Of a DNA stretch of 64,000 bases, positions 51,820 through 63,225 are shown one piece after another. Made by a program: the position numbers and the translations under genes. This DNA is from Ginglymostoma cirratum. Its lineage: Eukaryota. The notes under the pieces are model-generated. The model worked only from the letters and a program-made list of their open reading frames with translations. It made no database searches and was not told the origin of the DNA. How positions within the stretch are numbered: position 1 is the first letter of the stretch; each line of letters opens with the position of its first letter. The DNA lies in the NCBI GenBank assembly GCA_024137785.1, contig JAHRHZ010000268.1, positions 30,537,466 to 30,601,465 on the forward strand, read 5' to 3'.

Positions 51820-52115
51820 CCGTACCTGAGGAGTCATGAATGGCGCTGAGCGTGAGCAATCATCAGCGAACGTCCCTTTGACCTTATAGCGGTGGAAATG
51901 TCATTATTGAACGATCTGAAGATGGTTTGGCCAATGATACAACCTTGAGGAACTCTCACAGTGATGGGGCTTTGAACAGATGAATCATTTCTCCAACAGC
52001 TAAAACCACCATTATTTGTGCCAGATATGACTCTAACTAGTATCCCTTTGATTCCCATTATGTAGTTTTGCAGTGGTCCTCAAAATATCACTCTGTTGAA
52101 TATAGACTTGATGTC
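51820..52115 (-). mobile_element. Zenon-like LINE RT fragment
   Basis: SPITVRVPQGCIIGQTIFRSFNNDI. Confidence 0.75.
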
Positions 52116-52414
52116 TGTGCATTTACACACGTTTAATGTGACTCCCTGAATTTGCACTCTATGCCACTATTGATTAAAACCTATTATTTCACTTGATTTA
52201 TTAACAACTCACTGAACACACCTATCACCTTCAACAACTGTTCACAAATGCACACAAATCCCTGTGCTCCTGCACCCCTTTCACAACTGTAGTCTCATAT
52301 TTTTCTGTATTCATTCTGCCAAAGGGAATCACTTCCCACTTCTCTGGGTTAAATTACATTTGCTACTTGTCTTCCCATTCCATCAACTTGTGTCTGTCCT
52401 TTTGAAGTTCTACA

Positions 52415-52805
52415 GACTTCTTTCAAGCAGTAGCATGATCGAGGATGACTTCCTTCCACAGCAGAGTTAAGAGTCCTGAGGTGACAATAATTGAATGCTG
52501 GATGCGTACTCCCTGCCGTGGAAGGGGCAGGTAGTGTTTGAAGATGTAGATGTGTGGAATCTGCAGGTACTTCAAGTTCATTCAGGTTTGAGCTTGGTTC
52601 AGTAGCTCCTGGATCATCTGGACATCCTCATCAAACCTGTCTCAACATTTCCTGGGAGAAAAAAAAATGGAGTCTCCTTGCAAGTACTATTTATGATGGT
52701 TTTAAGGTCAGACCAGTCATTGTAGACATTCTGTGGTTGCTGTCGCTAAGCACGCAGCTCCACTGTGAGACACGGTCCTTGGCTCTTTCCATATCGGATT
52801 TCCTG
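52415..52805 (-). mobile_element. RTE 3' fragment
   Basis: tcgaggatgacttccttcc tail; similar to 30112-30465. Confidence 0.55.
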
Positions 52806-53015
52806 TGGTGGTAGGTGCCTGCAACACACTGGCAAGAGAGGTGGTAGAAACTGATATAATAGCAACATTTAAGCGGCATTTAAACAGGCAAATGAATGTA
52901 CAAAGAATAGAGGGATTTGAACCATGTGCAGGCAATAGGATCAGTTTAGAATGGCATCGCAGGCGGTGTAGACATAATGGGCCACAGGGCATGTTGCTGT
53001 GCTGGACTGTTATAA
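52806..53015 (+). mobile_element. CR1 3' end
   Basis: VVGACNTLAREVVETDIIATFKRHLNRQM. Confidence 0.85.
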
Positions 53016-53483
53016 AAGAACTATATTTACCTCTGCATATTTATGTCTTACCTTGCTGAATCCATGATCATTCTCCCTCAAGTCTCTCAGTCGTGTATTC
53101 TCTCACATCATCGTTATGAGAAATGTTGTGCATACAGTCCCAGACATTAACCCATACAAAGCAAATATACTCATGACCTAGAAGCTCCTTTCCCTTATGG
53201 CAGCAAGGCAGATAAAGACAATGTCTGCTCCTCACAGAATCTTTCAGAACATAAGCTGCCAAGTAGCACTTTGTTTTCATCTGTTCGCAGGTTATTTCTT
53301 ATTATGGGAGTTTTTATTATTTTACGCAATTACGGACCTTCTAACTTTGCTGCCATTTTCCAGCAATGCATCTCTGTGCTAGGTTTGGACAATAAGTCGT
53401 GCATGTGATCCATAGAAGAAGGAAAAGTTGTTAAATGTGAAGGCATTATAATACTTTCAGAATGAACATGGATTAAACTTGGC

Positions 53484-53846
53484 TGGGGAGATAGTGATGT
53501 AACGGTTTTGCCACTGGACTAGTAATCCACAGTTCCGGGCTAATGATCTATGGGCATGAATTTTAATTCAATTTACTAAATCTGGAATTGAAAACTAGTC
53601 TCAGTAATGATAATTGTGAAACAATATTGGCTATTTTAAATACCCGTCTGTTCATTAACGTCCTTTAGGGAAAGAAATATCTTAACTGTCTGGCCAACAT
53701 GTGACTGGAGACATACAAGAATGTGGTTAAGACTTAACTGCCTTCTGAAATAGGCAGCTCATCACTGCCATCTCAAAGGTAACTATGGATGGACAATAAA
53801 TGCTGGTGCAGTCAGTGTTGCCCACACCCAATGGGTGAATAAAAAT
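53484..53846 (+). mobile_element. Full-length, decayed SINE sharing 5' head and 3' tail with the Zenon-like LINE
   Basis: ggggagatagtgatgtaacgg...ctggactagtaatcc...tctggaatt...ttcattaacgtcctttagggaa...aatgtggtt matches the reverse complement of 3560-3858; ggacaataaatgctgg...gcccacaccca...gaataaaaa matches the LINE tail. Confidence 0.8.
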
Positions 53847-54411
53847 TCAGTGTAACAAGCTGCTCAATTCAAAGGGAATTTGGGATGGTACTAATGACTG
53901 GCTATGCCAATGACACCCATATTTTGTGAAAGAAAGAAAACAAGATAAGTTACCGTGGCATTCTTGTAGATGATCAACTTTTATGTGTCAAATATTTTCT
54001 CATGAAAATCAGTTTCTGGTTATTTTGTTATTGCTATGACATCGAGACAACAAGGCAAACCAAATTAGCCTCTCTCTTCCTGGATTCACAACACAGTTAA
54101 ATCAAAACATTCAATGACCCTCAAAATTGCTCAACTATTCCAAACCAAACTTTAATAATAACAGGTATCAAACACCAAAGTTAACAATTTATTATTAAGA
54201 GTGTAACATAGATAAGCAACGAGGCAATATACTTAATGACTATGATCTAAGTCTAAACATCTTTAGCCAGAACCCTCACTTACACACCAATAGACAGACA
54301 GACACATTTAAGGGACAGATTAAAAGGAAAAAAAATGTAATGTTCAACAGTTTCAAAATGAGGACCAGGCTTTCAGAAATCCTTGGTTAATGGAGTTGTT
54401 CATTGTAGCCA

Positions 54412-54742
54412 GCTTCTGTATCTTTTACCTGATAGAAGAGGATGTAGGAGGTCATTATCAGGGTGCGATAGGTCTTTGATGATGTTGGTCACCTTTCCGC
54501 GACAACGAGCTGTGAAAATATAGTCCATGGATGGAAGGTTGGCTTCTGTGATGGTCTGGGCTGTGCACACCTCCTCCTGTCATTCCTTATGGTCCTGGGC
54601 CTCAAATAATGTAACTTGCATGTATGCCTCTACGTCTTTTTGATCTGTACACCCTTTTCTTGAAATGATCTGCCTGTGCCACTCATAAACAAAGCTTTTC
54701 ACTGTCGGTGTATGTGACAACAAACCAATCAATCAATCAACC
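54412..54742. mobile_element. Rex1/Babar LINE 3' end with inverted 5' part
   Basis: 54412-54600 minus: AQTITEANLPSMDYIFTARCRGKVTNIIKDLSHPDNDLLHPLLSGKR. 54601-54742 plus: 3' UTR aaagcttttcactgt...gtgacaacaaac(caat)n. Confidence 0.75.
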
Positions 54743-54744
54743 AA

Positions 54745-55059
54745 TCTGGACCTCATAGAAAATGAGCTCCCTGATTGGGGCAATTAATTAGGTCTAATCA
54801 GGAAGTCTTGACTGACATAAAAAAAGTCAAGTGTGAGGGACAAAAACAAAAGTTGTTGGAAAAGCTCAGCAGGTCTGGCAACATCTGTGCAGAGAAATCA
54901 GAGTAAATGTTTCGGGTTCGGTGACCCTTCCTCAGAACAGGGATACTGACACTCTGGTGCCTGACTCTAAGTATGAAGCAGGACTATAGTTAAGGGCTGT
55001 TCATATGTAAATAAAGTGTGACTTGGTGATGAGATACCAGCCTGTATAGAATTATTTCA
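54745..55059 (+). mobile_element. Short solo LTR, family A, with PLE mini-element inserted (54841-54938, TSD aggga)
   Basis: gagctccctgattgggg...gtaaataaagtgtgacttggtgatgagatacc...attatttca. Insert reverse complement: gttCTGAGGAagggtcaccgaacccGAAAcattt. Confidence 0.8.
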
Positions 55060-56129
55060 TTCATGGTAAGTACACTGTAGCTCTTCTTTGAATTCGAAAT
55101 CACCAATTCATGCAAACAAGTCGAATAGCTTTCCAGGATTATTCACTCATTTCTTGCAGAGGGATATTTTCTTATCAGAGCAACTAACAAATCAACAACA
55201 GAAAACCAAGGACAGAGAGAGTGCAAAACACAGCAGGCCTGTCTGGGAGCCTTTTTCATAACACACTCACAGTTTCTAAACCCCAGCCAGAACTGGTTCA
55301 CTACATTTTCCTTTCTTTTACCAACATTCTCTGTGATTGGCTGGCTAGCACCAAATAGCCCTTGATTGATCAATTCAACATCCAACCAATTGCCAGCCCT
55401 GAGCCTCGAACACCTTGGTGCTAAAATATCTAAAGTGTTCTCAGGACAATAATTGACCTGAAACTATCTTTTCAGGCCAGTTCCAGTAATCAAAGCTAAG
55501 TTGTTTGGTCTGTCTTCCTTTCCATAACAAGCTGCTGCTCAAAGTTCAAAGTTTGATTCTCAACTTCAGCTCACACTTCCAAATCAAAAATAAAAAAAGA
55601 GAAAATTAAATAATGAAGTTCTCAACAGTATTTTAATGAAAAATGCAGAATCAACTGGCTAAGCACTGTTTGACAGTTTGTGTGGTCTTCATTAAAGTAA
55701 CGGTACATTAGAAAAATGTCTACTGGGGGAAAAAATTAACTTCTATGCATAGATGTCATTTGATCAATTGTTTCAATGACACACAGTGATCTCAAATACA
55801 TTATATTAAATAATAAATGTTTTCTCAGTCCTGCATATTACTATAATGTTTCATGAATTTCAAACTTTATTAAATTTCTTTTATCTGTTTAAACAATGTT
55901 CAACTTTGTCAGCAGCAGTGATACTTCCTGTAACACTGAAAAATATATTTGTCGCAGTGGTATTTTTAAGTTAGCATACCGCAAAAATTGCTAATAACAA
56001 ATTCTATATTTAAATATTTCAAAATAAGGAATTTCAGAATGTCACACAATATTTCAAATTGTGAATGACTGTGGTTCTTTACCTAAAAAGGTTGTATTTC
56101 TATTTTCTCTGACAATGCTTGCATCTACT

Positions 56130-56790
56130 TGACAATTTGGAAATTTGCCCAGCTAGGTCCTATGCATCAAAAGCAGGACAAATCCAACCCAACCAATTAT
56201 TTCCCACCACCTACACTCCATCGTCAGCAAAGTGATGAAAACGATTGTCAACGGTGCTGTCAAGCAGCAATTCCAAATAAATAATCTGTTCATTGATACT
56301 CAGTTTGGGATCCTTTATGGACACTGAGCTCCTGACTTGATTACTCCCTGCTCAAAACATAGACAACAGACCTGAACTGCAGAGGTGAGGGGAGAGTGAA
56401 TGCAACATCTTCCCTCAATGGCAGAAAGCTGTCTAAGAATAACAAAGGATGGGCATTAAGCTCAGCACCAGAAATGACAAAGACACACTCAGCCTGGCTG
56501 ACTACACACTGCAAAGCCCACCTTACAAACAGCTGGGGAGCTGAGCCAAAATTGTAAGAGCTGTCCCACATTCTGATCATAGAACAGCCTGACACAGACA
56601 TACTCACTCTATCTATTTTGCAGCGAATGTCCCACACTCCTCCAACACCATCCTTCTAGAAACAGCAACACAGAATTAACTCCAGGCCCATGAAGTTTCA
56701 TTGCATCAGATCAAACATGAGCAAGAAATCTTCTGCTGGGCAATAAATACCGGCTAACAATGGTGAGATCCCACAAGTTAGTAAGTAAAA
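56130..56790 (+). mobile_element. Zenon-like LINE fragments
   Basis: aaaagcaggacaaatccaacccaaccaatta...ctgagctcctgacttgattac...ctgaactgcagaggtgaggggagagtga; tail gggcaataaatac. Confidence 0.7.
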
Positions 56791-57031
56791 TGCTCTCCAG
56801 TGGTTGGAAAGGTCAATGTTTATGGTCTGTTCAGGGTCTACTCAGACAACTTGATTTCTTTAATTTAGTTTTAACTTCTTTAATGATCCACATTGGACTA
56901 TATTTATGCAGTCTATGGTTACTAATTTCTATTGTGTAAAAATTCTGTATGTTTCTTTAAATTGTGTTAAGATGTTCTCCTTGCCTTGCACTAAAACATC
57001 ATTGAATGAACTCCAACAATCTATTTCCTTT

Positions 57032-58340
57032 ATAACACAGTGTGGAGCTGGAGGAACACAGCAGGCCAGGCAGCATCAAGGGAGCAAGAAAGCTGACGTT
57101 TTGTATTGGGACCCTTCTTCAGAAATGGAGGAGGGGAAGGGGGCTCTGAAATAAATAGAGAATGGGGTGGGGGTTGGGCTAGGAAAGGTAGGTGGTATGG
57201 TGATAGCAGGTAGGTAGTGGTGGGGATTGGTCAGTGAGGTGGGAGGAGCGGATAGGTGGGAGAGAAGATGGACAGATCAAGGAGGCGGAGATGAGAGGGA
57301 GGGTTGGTCATGGAATGAGGCCGGGGAGGTGGTGAGATTTTGAAACTGGTGAAGTCTACATTGAGACCATTAGGTTGTAGGGTTCCAAGGCGGAATATGA
57401 GGTGCTGCTCCTCCAGTTTCCGGGTGGCATCGTTGTGACACTGGAGGAGGCCCAGGATGGACATGTCATCCAGGGAGTGGGAGGGGAAGTTGAAGTGGTT
57501 TGCGACTGGGACATGTTGTCGTTTGTTGTGAACCAAGCATAGTTGCTCTACAAAGTGGTCTCCGAGCCTCCACTTGGTCTCACTGATGTAGAGGAGGCCA
57601 AATCGGGAACAGCATTACAATAAACCACATTAGCAGATGTGCAGGTGAACATTTGTTTGATGCTGAAGGTTTTTTTGGGGCCTGGAAAGGAGGTGATGGG
57701 GGAGGTGTAGGGGCAGGTGTAGCACTTCCTGCGGTTGCAGGGAAAAGTGCTGGGGGTGGTGGGACTAGCAGGGAGTGTGGAGCGGACGAGAGAGTCACGG
57801 AGAAAGCGGTCCATCCGGAAAGCAGATAAGGGTGGGGAGGGAAATATATCCTTTGCAGTGGGGTCAGATTGCAGGTGGCGGAAGTGGCGAAAAACGACGC
57901 GTTGAATCTGGAGATAAATGGGCTGATACATGAGGACAAGGGGAATTCTGTCTTTGTTTTTATTGCGGGAAGGGTTGTGAGGGCTGAGGTCCAGGAAACG
58001 CAAGAGATGCGGTCGAGGGTGTTTTTGACCACTGATGGGGGGACGTTGCGGTCCTTGAAATACGAGGACATCTGGGAGGTTCGGGAGTGGGACACCTCAT
58101 CTTGGGAGCAGATGCAGCAGAGGTGGAGGAATGGGAGTAGGGGATCGCATTCTTGCAGGAAGGTGGGTGAGCGGAGGTGTAGTCTAGGTAGCTGTGGGAG
58201 TCGGTGGGTTTGAAATAGATATCAGTTTCAAGGTGGTCACCAGAGATGATGACAGAGAGGCCCAGGAAAGAGAGAGAGGTATCAGAGATGGTCCAGGCGA
58301 ACTTGAGGTTGGGGTGGAAGGGGTTAGTAAAGTTAATCAA
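57032..58340 (-). mobile_element. Neptune-type PLE 3' half (RT thumb, Cys linker, GIY-YIG, terminus)
   Basis: LSFLGL, DIYFKPTDSHSYLDYTSAHPPSCKNAIPYS, TFPCNRRKCYTCP, FTCTSANVVYC, LEEQHLIFRLGTLQPNGLN; decayed hammerhead at 57094-57126. Confidence 0.93.
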
Positions 58341-60142
58341 CCATATAAAGAGTATGAGGCTAGTATTTCTCCAGCAATGGAAGACTACTCAAATTTCTGA
58401 AGAAGATTGAAAGACCTAGTGAGAAATACAGAGTTCCAATCAGTGCACAAATATGTAAGGGTGAGGTGGCAATCTGATGCTGATGGACCTGAATCATCCG
58501 AGGAGCAGTAATGTTCAACGTTAATGATCTTGCAACAAAGTTTCCATGGAAGGTAAGTACAGCATGAGTATTTCAAGCATTTTCTGTCTTTATTTCAGAT
58601 TTCCAGCATTCACAGTACTCTGCTTTTGTACTCTTTTTTGATTGATTTGAGTCTTTATTTCATGGTGTTTAGCTTTTCTTAAAATCTATATAGCTGGACA
58701 GAGCTAATTCACATCTCCAGAACATGTTAAACCTCATCATGTGTGGCCATTGCTGTCAAGCAATGACTCTTTTGTGCATTGACTGGATCCTTAGGTAAGG
58801 TAGATGTTGCTAAATAAAAATTTCAAAGTTAAGTTATCCCCAATGTTTCCATCAGTTGCGTGACACTACTGTATATAACCTGATTGCTGTAGCACAGGAT
58901 ATTAATGGTGAGCTCAATGAATATTATGGCATAAACATTTAATGACAATTGTTTATTTAGCAAGAGCTGCCTAAGGTAGAAATTGTCTGCAGGAGTTGAC
59001 ATAGCCTGCTGTAAAGCAAATTTATTCTAAATAGCAGAAGTCTATTTTAAGAGGTTGTAGAAATGCTCGGCAAGCCAGTGGGTTTGGTTGCAAACGTTTC
59101 ATCACCCTGCTAAGTAACATTGTCCGTGTGCCTCCAGTGAAGCGTCGCTGTTCTGTCCTGCTTGTTATTTATATGCTTTGGTTTGCTGAGGTGGTTGGTA
59201 TTACTTACGGTTCTGTTTCTCAGTGGTTTGTACAGAGGGTCTAATTCAATGTGTTTGTTGATGGAGTTCTGGTTGGAATACCGGGCTTCCAGGAATTCCC
59301 TGGCAGGTCTCTGTGTGGCTTGTGCAATTATGGATGTGTTGTCCTCGGCAAATTTGTGTCTCTCATTGACCATGTGTAGTGAGAAAAGTGAGAATTGGTC
59401 TTGTCTCTTGGTGGTTAGTTGGTGTTCATGTACCTGTATTGTCAGTTTTCTTCCAGTTTGGCCTATGTAGTGTTTCTCACAGTCCTTGCATGGTATTTTG
59501 TATATTACACTGGTTTTGCTGATTTTGGGTGTGGGATTCTTTACGTTTGTCAGTAGCTGTCATTGGGTGGTTGTCGGTTCCGGGCTAATCTGATACTTAG
59601 GGGTCTGAGTAGTCTTGTGGTCATCTCTGAAATGTCCTTGATGTATGGTAGGGTGATTAGTGAGTCTGGTCGTGTTGTGTCTTCCTGTTGTGGTCTGTCT
59701 CGGAGGTAACGGCGGATTGTGCTTTTCAGGTATCCATTCCTTTTGAAGATTCCATATAGGTGCTTCTGTTCTGCTTTGCATAGCTCCAGCTTGATGCAAT
59801 GTGTTGTGGCTCATTTAAATAGTGTCCTGATGCAGCTCCGTTTGTGGGCGTTGGGGTGGTTGCTATGGTAATTGAGTATTTGGTCCATATGTGTGGTCTG
59901 TCTATGTACGCTAGTCTGGAGTTCCCTGTTGATTTTACATTCTACCATTACATCCAGGAAGGGTGGTCGGTTGTGGTTCTCTTCTTCTTTCATGAATTTT
60001 ATCCTGGTGAGGATGTCGTTTATGTGTCGATAGGTTTCTTCTAGTTTTGTGCATTTAATAATCACGAAGGTGTCATCTACACATCAGACCCAAAGTTTGG
60101 GTTGTATACTGGGGAGTGCTGTCCATACTAACCTTTGCATTC

Positions 60143-61655
60143 TGTATGGATTCTGGTTTGCTATCAGTAATCTGCTGATTTTTAGGTGGTTCAAGTCACC
60201 CCCAGATTCTTGGTTCTGACACTGGACTTAATTTAGGAATGTGAAGTGAAGAAGGCAGCAGACAGGTGTTTCAGGGCAAAGAATCTCTGCGTTTATTAAA
60301 TGCAAAGGTGAGTCACAAGAAATCACAAGAAATAAAAAGGCAGAAGTAATAAAACAAAGGGAAATAAAACAAAGGTGAATACAAATACAAGAGTTAAAAA
60401 GGCAAATTCAAAACAGTGGAACTGACAATATCAGTTATTAACTTAACACAGGCTAATGACTATTAGAAACTAAACAGTAGTTTCAAACACAGACATTTTA
60501 ATCTGTCTTCCTGACCTCGGGGTTTCTTGCACTGTCACCAACCCACTTTCCCCATCCTGCTAGCTAGGGTGGATGCTTTGGCCCTCGAAGAAATAGGCTC
60601 AACACTGGGGACAAACACAATTTTGAAATACAGCTGGCTATTTCCACTTGCTGTAGCCGGTGCTTCGCTGAAGACTTCGGATTGTGTTCAGTCTGGTTTG
60701 AGAACTTGGGTTTCCTTACTTTGCGATGGCTTTGCGAGCCAGTTTTCACCCCAGGAAGTGTCTGATGCCTTGTCAGTGATGTCGGTGGTTTTTGGAGGTC
60801 GTCAGGTCTGCTGGTCGTGGTCGGTTGTCGTTGGTTCCCCTGGTACGGAACAGGCCTGTTTAGGGAGGTTTCGGAGAGAAACTTCTCTTTCCTTCACCGC
60901 TGTGCTGGGCTCAGGGTCTCCAGTTATACCTAACCGCAGGCCGCCCCTAACCTCCTGCCAAATCTGTTGAGCCATTGTTCCTCCTCTCAGGGCTGAATGG
61001 GCTTTCTGAGTAATGCAGAAGGTGTGAGTGGATTTTTGATTCAGGTGAATGGTATTGATGGGTTTGGAATGCACTTGGATTGGGTATCTGTTCAGTTCAC
61101 CTAGTGGTATGAAGGTTTTTTTAAACATCCAAGGTGAAATAGGTTTGCATAGAGCACAATGGTGTGGAATGTTCAGTAACTTTGTGCCTGAGCACTGATT
61201 TGGAATTGAATGGGTTTATACCTGTGTAGGCTCCAAAGTTCTGAGGAACGGTCACTGGGCCCAAAACGTTAACTCTGATTTTTTTCTTCATAGATGCAGT
61301 CAGACCTGCTGAGCTTTTCCAGCAACTTCTGTTTTTGTTTAGGCTCCAAAGGGTCAGAAGTTGTTGAAATTGTCTGTTTCCTGCAGACTGGCTTGCATTG
61401 TTTTAGCTGAGGCATGAAATGGGGGGTTTTCCTTTGGTTTCAGTTAGCTAATCTCAGTCCCAGGCATCTACCTGTGGGCATGTATATATCCCAGTGTGTC
61501 CCAGCCAGCCTCGTCCTGGCTCAGTTGCAGCCCATGGTTTCTGGACTGCTGGTGACTTAAATTCAATATAATATAATTCCACAACTTCTGCCTTGGGAAG
61601 GGTTTAAGTCTAGGATATGTCCACAACCTGATGGGGATTTTTGCCCCACCTTACA
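60143..61655 (-). mobile_element. Long (about 1.4 kb) solo LTR, TG...CA, 4-bp TSD attc/atta
   Basis: Removing it restores the PLE RT sequence (cctttgc-atta-ctgcttctgc, antisense AEAVMQRL); antisense AATAAA near 60292. Confidence 0.8.
61238..61340 (+). mobile_element. PLE-terminus mini-element with about 12-bp TSD
   Basis: taggctccaaag at 61227-61238 and 61340-61351; begins gttCTGAGGAacggtcactgggcccaAAACGTTaac. Confidence 0.88.
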
Positions 61656-63186
61656 ATTACTGCTTCTGCAATCAGTCCTGATATTGGGGATCCCATTGAT
61701 GTTCCATTGATTTGTTTCTATATGCTGTCATTGAAGGTGAAGTGGGTTGTGAGGTACAGATCTAGTAATTTCATGGTGATGACATTATTGATGTTGTTGC
61801 TGTCCTGGGTTGCCTGCCTACTTGACTCGTCTGGCAGTGTGGCAATTATTTCTTTGGCTAGGTTGATGTTTATGGATGTAAATAGTGCTGTTACTTTGAA
61901 GGATATCATCATCTTGTCTTCTTCTATCCTGGTGTCCTTGATGATGAGGAATTCTTGGAATGAGTGGATGGTGTGTATAGTGTTGTTCGCTTAGTGTTTC
62001 AATTTCAGTTGTAGTTCTTTGGTAGGTCTCTATGTTGGTGTGCTTGGTAGTGAGACAATGGGTCAGAGGGGTCCCTTGGTTTGTGTACATTGGGGAGTCT
62101 GTAGAATTGGGGTGTGTTGGATCCTTCTGGCTTCATTTTTTGTAGTCTGTTTTGCTAATGTCTCCTGAGTTGTGTAATTTCTTTAGGGTCATTGTAATCT
62201 GGTTCCCTAACTATGGTGTCGGGTCTATCTCCATGTGTTGGTAGGTATCAGTACCTGCTAGTAGTGAGTTAGCTTTCTCAATGCTTTGAGTTCTATTGAG
62301 GATTACTGTCATGCATCCTTTGTCTGCTGGTAAGACTACAATGTTCCTGTCTTTCTTGATCCTTTCCAAGGCTTTCCTCTCCTCTGTGTTGAATGTGTTC
62401 CACATTCCTTTTTTGCTCAGTGTTGGGACTATCATCTGTCTGACGGTCTGCTGTATTTCTTCTGTGAGTCTGTTGCTCTTTAGTGTTGATTCCAGCGCAG
62501 CCAGGAAGTCAGTCTTTTTGGCATCTCTGTAGGTATAATTCATTCCACGTACTAGGACGGTCTTCTCAGTGTCTATAAGTGGTCGGTCCGAGATGATTCT
62601 AATCCATGAATCTGTGTTGTTTGTATCGTTGATGTGGTTGATTTTGGACAGTTTTTCTTGAAGGGCTATTCTTTACTTTGTTCTGGTATTTTGTTGTTGC
62701 ATGCTGATGGCTTGTTCCAGTGTGGATGGCCATTTCTGGTCAGTTGCGTTGGAGCACAGCGCTTTTTGACGTGCAGTTTCCCACTTGTATTTGTGGAGGC
62801 AGTTGAGGGCATTGTTGATCATAACCCTTACCATTGTGTAGCCATTCTGTTCAGCTGCCCTCCGTGCCTGTGGATTGTTGACAGGTAGTTTATATTTTAA
62901 GCTTTGTGGCAGTGCTTGCTTTCTGAGGCATTCGTGCAGGAAGTATAGTTCTCTGCGGATCACATTCAGTCGGATGGCATTTGTTTCCCAACTGTGGGCC
63001 AGTTTGAGGGTGTTGTGCCCCCATAGGTGTTTAAAGTTTTCGAAAAGATTTCCAACCGGAACTCCATCAACAAACACATTGAATTAGACCCTGCGTACAA
63101 ACCACTGAGAAACTGAACTGAAAGCAATGCCAACCATCCCAGCGAACAATACAAGCGGGACAAAACACCAATGCTTCACCGGAGGC

Positions 63187-63225
63187 GCACTGATGATGTT
63201 ACCTAGCGGGTGACGAAACGTTTGC
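63187..63225 (+). ncRNA. Minimal hammerhead ribozyme motif in Poseidon pLTR
   Basis: gca-CTGATGA-t-gttacc tagcg ggtgac-GAAACGTT-tgc: stem I gca/tgc, 6-bp stem II, NUH = GUU. Confidence 0.78.

Larger units (their letters stand above)
54032..55627 (-). mobile_element. Probable Gypsy solo LTR hosting nested insertions
   Basis: TG...CA ends, flanks ttat/gtat, antisense poly(A) signal tttatt near 54188. Family not confirmed. Confidence 0.4.
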
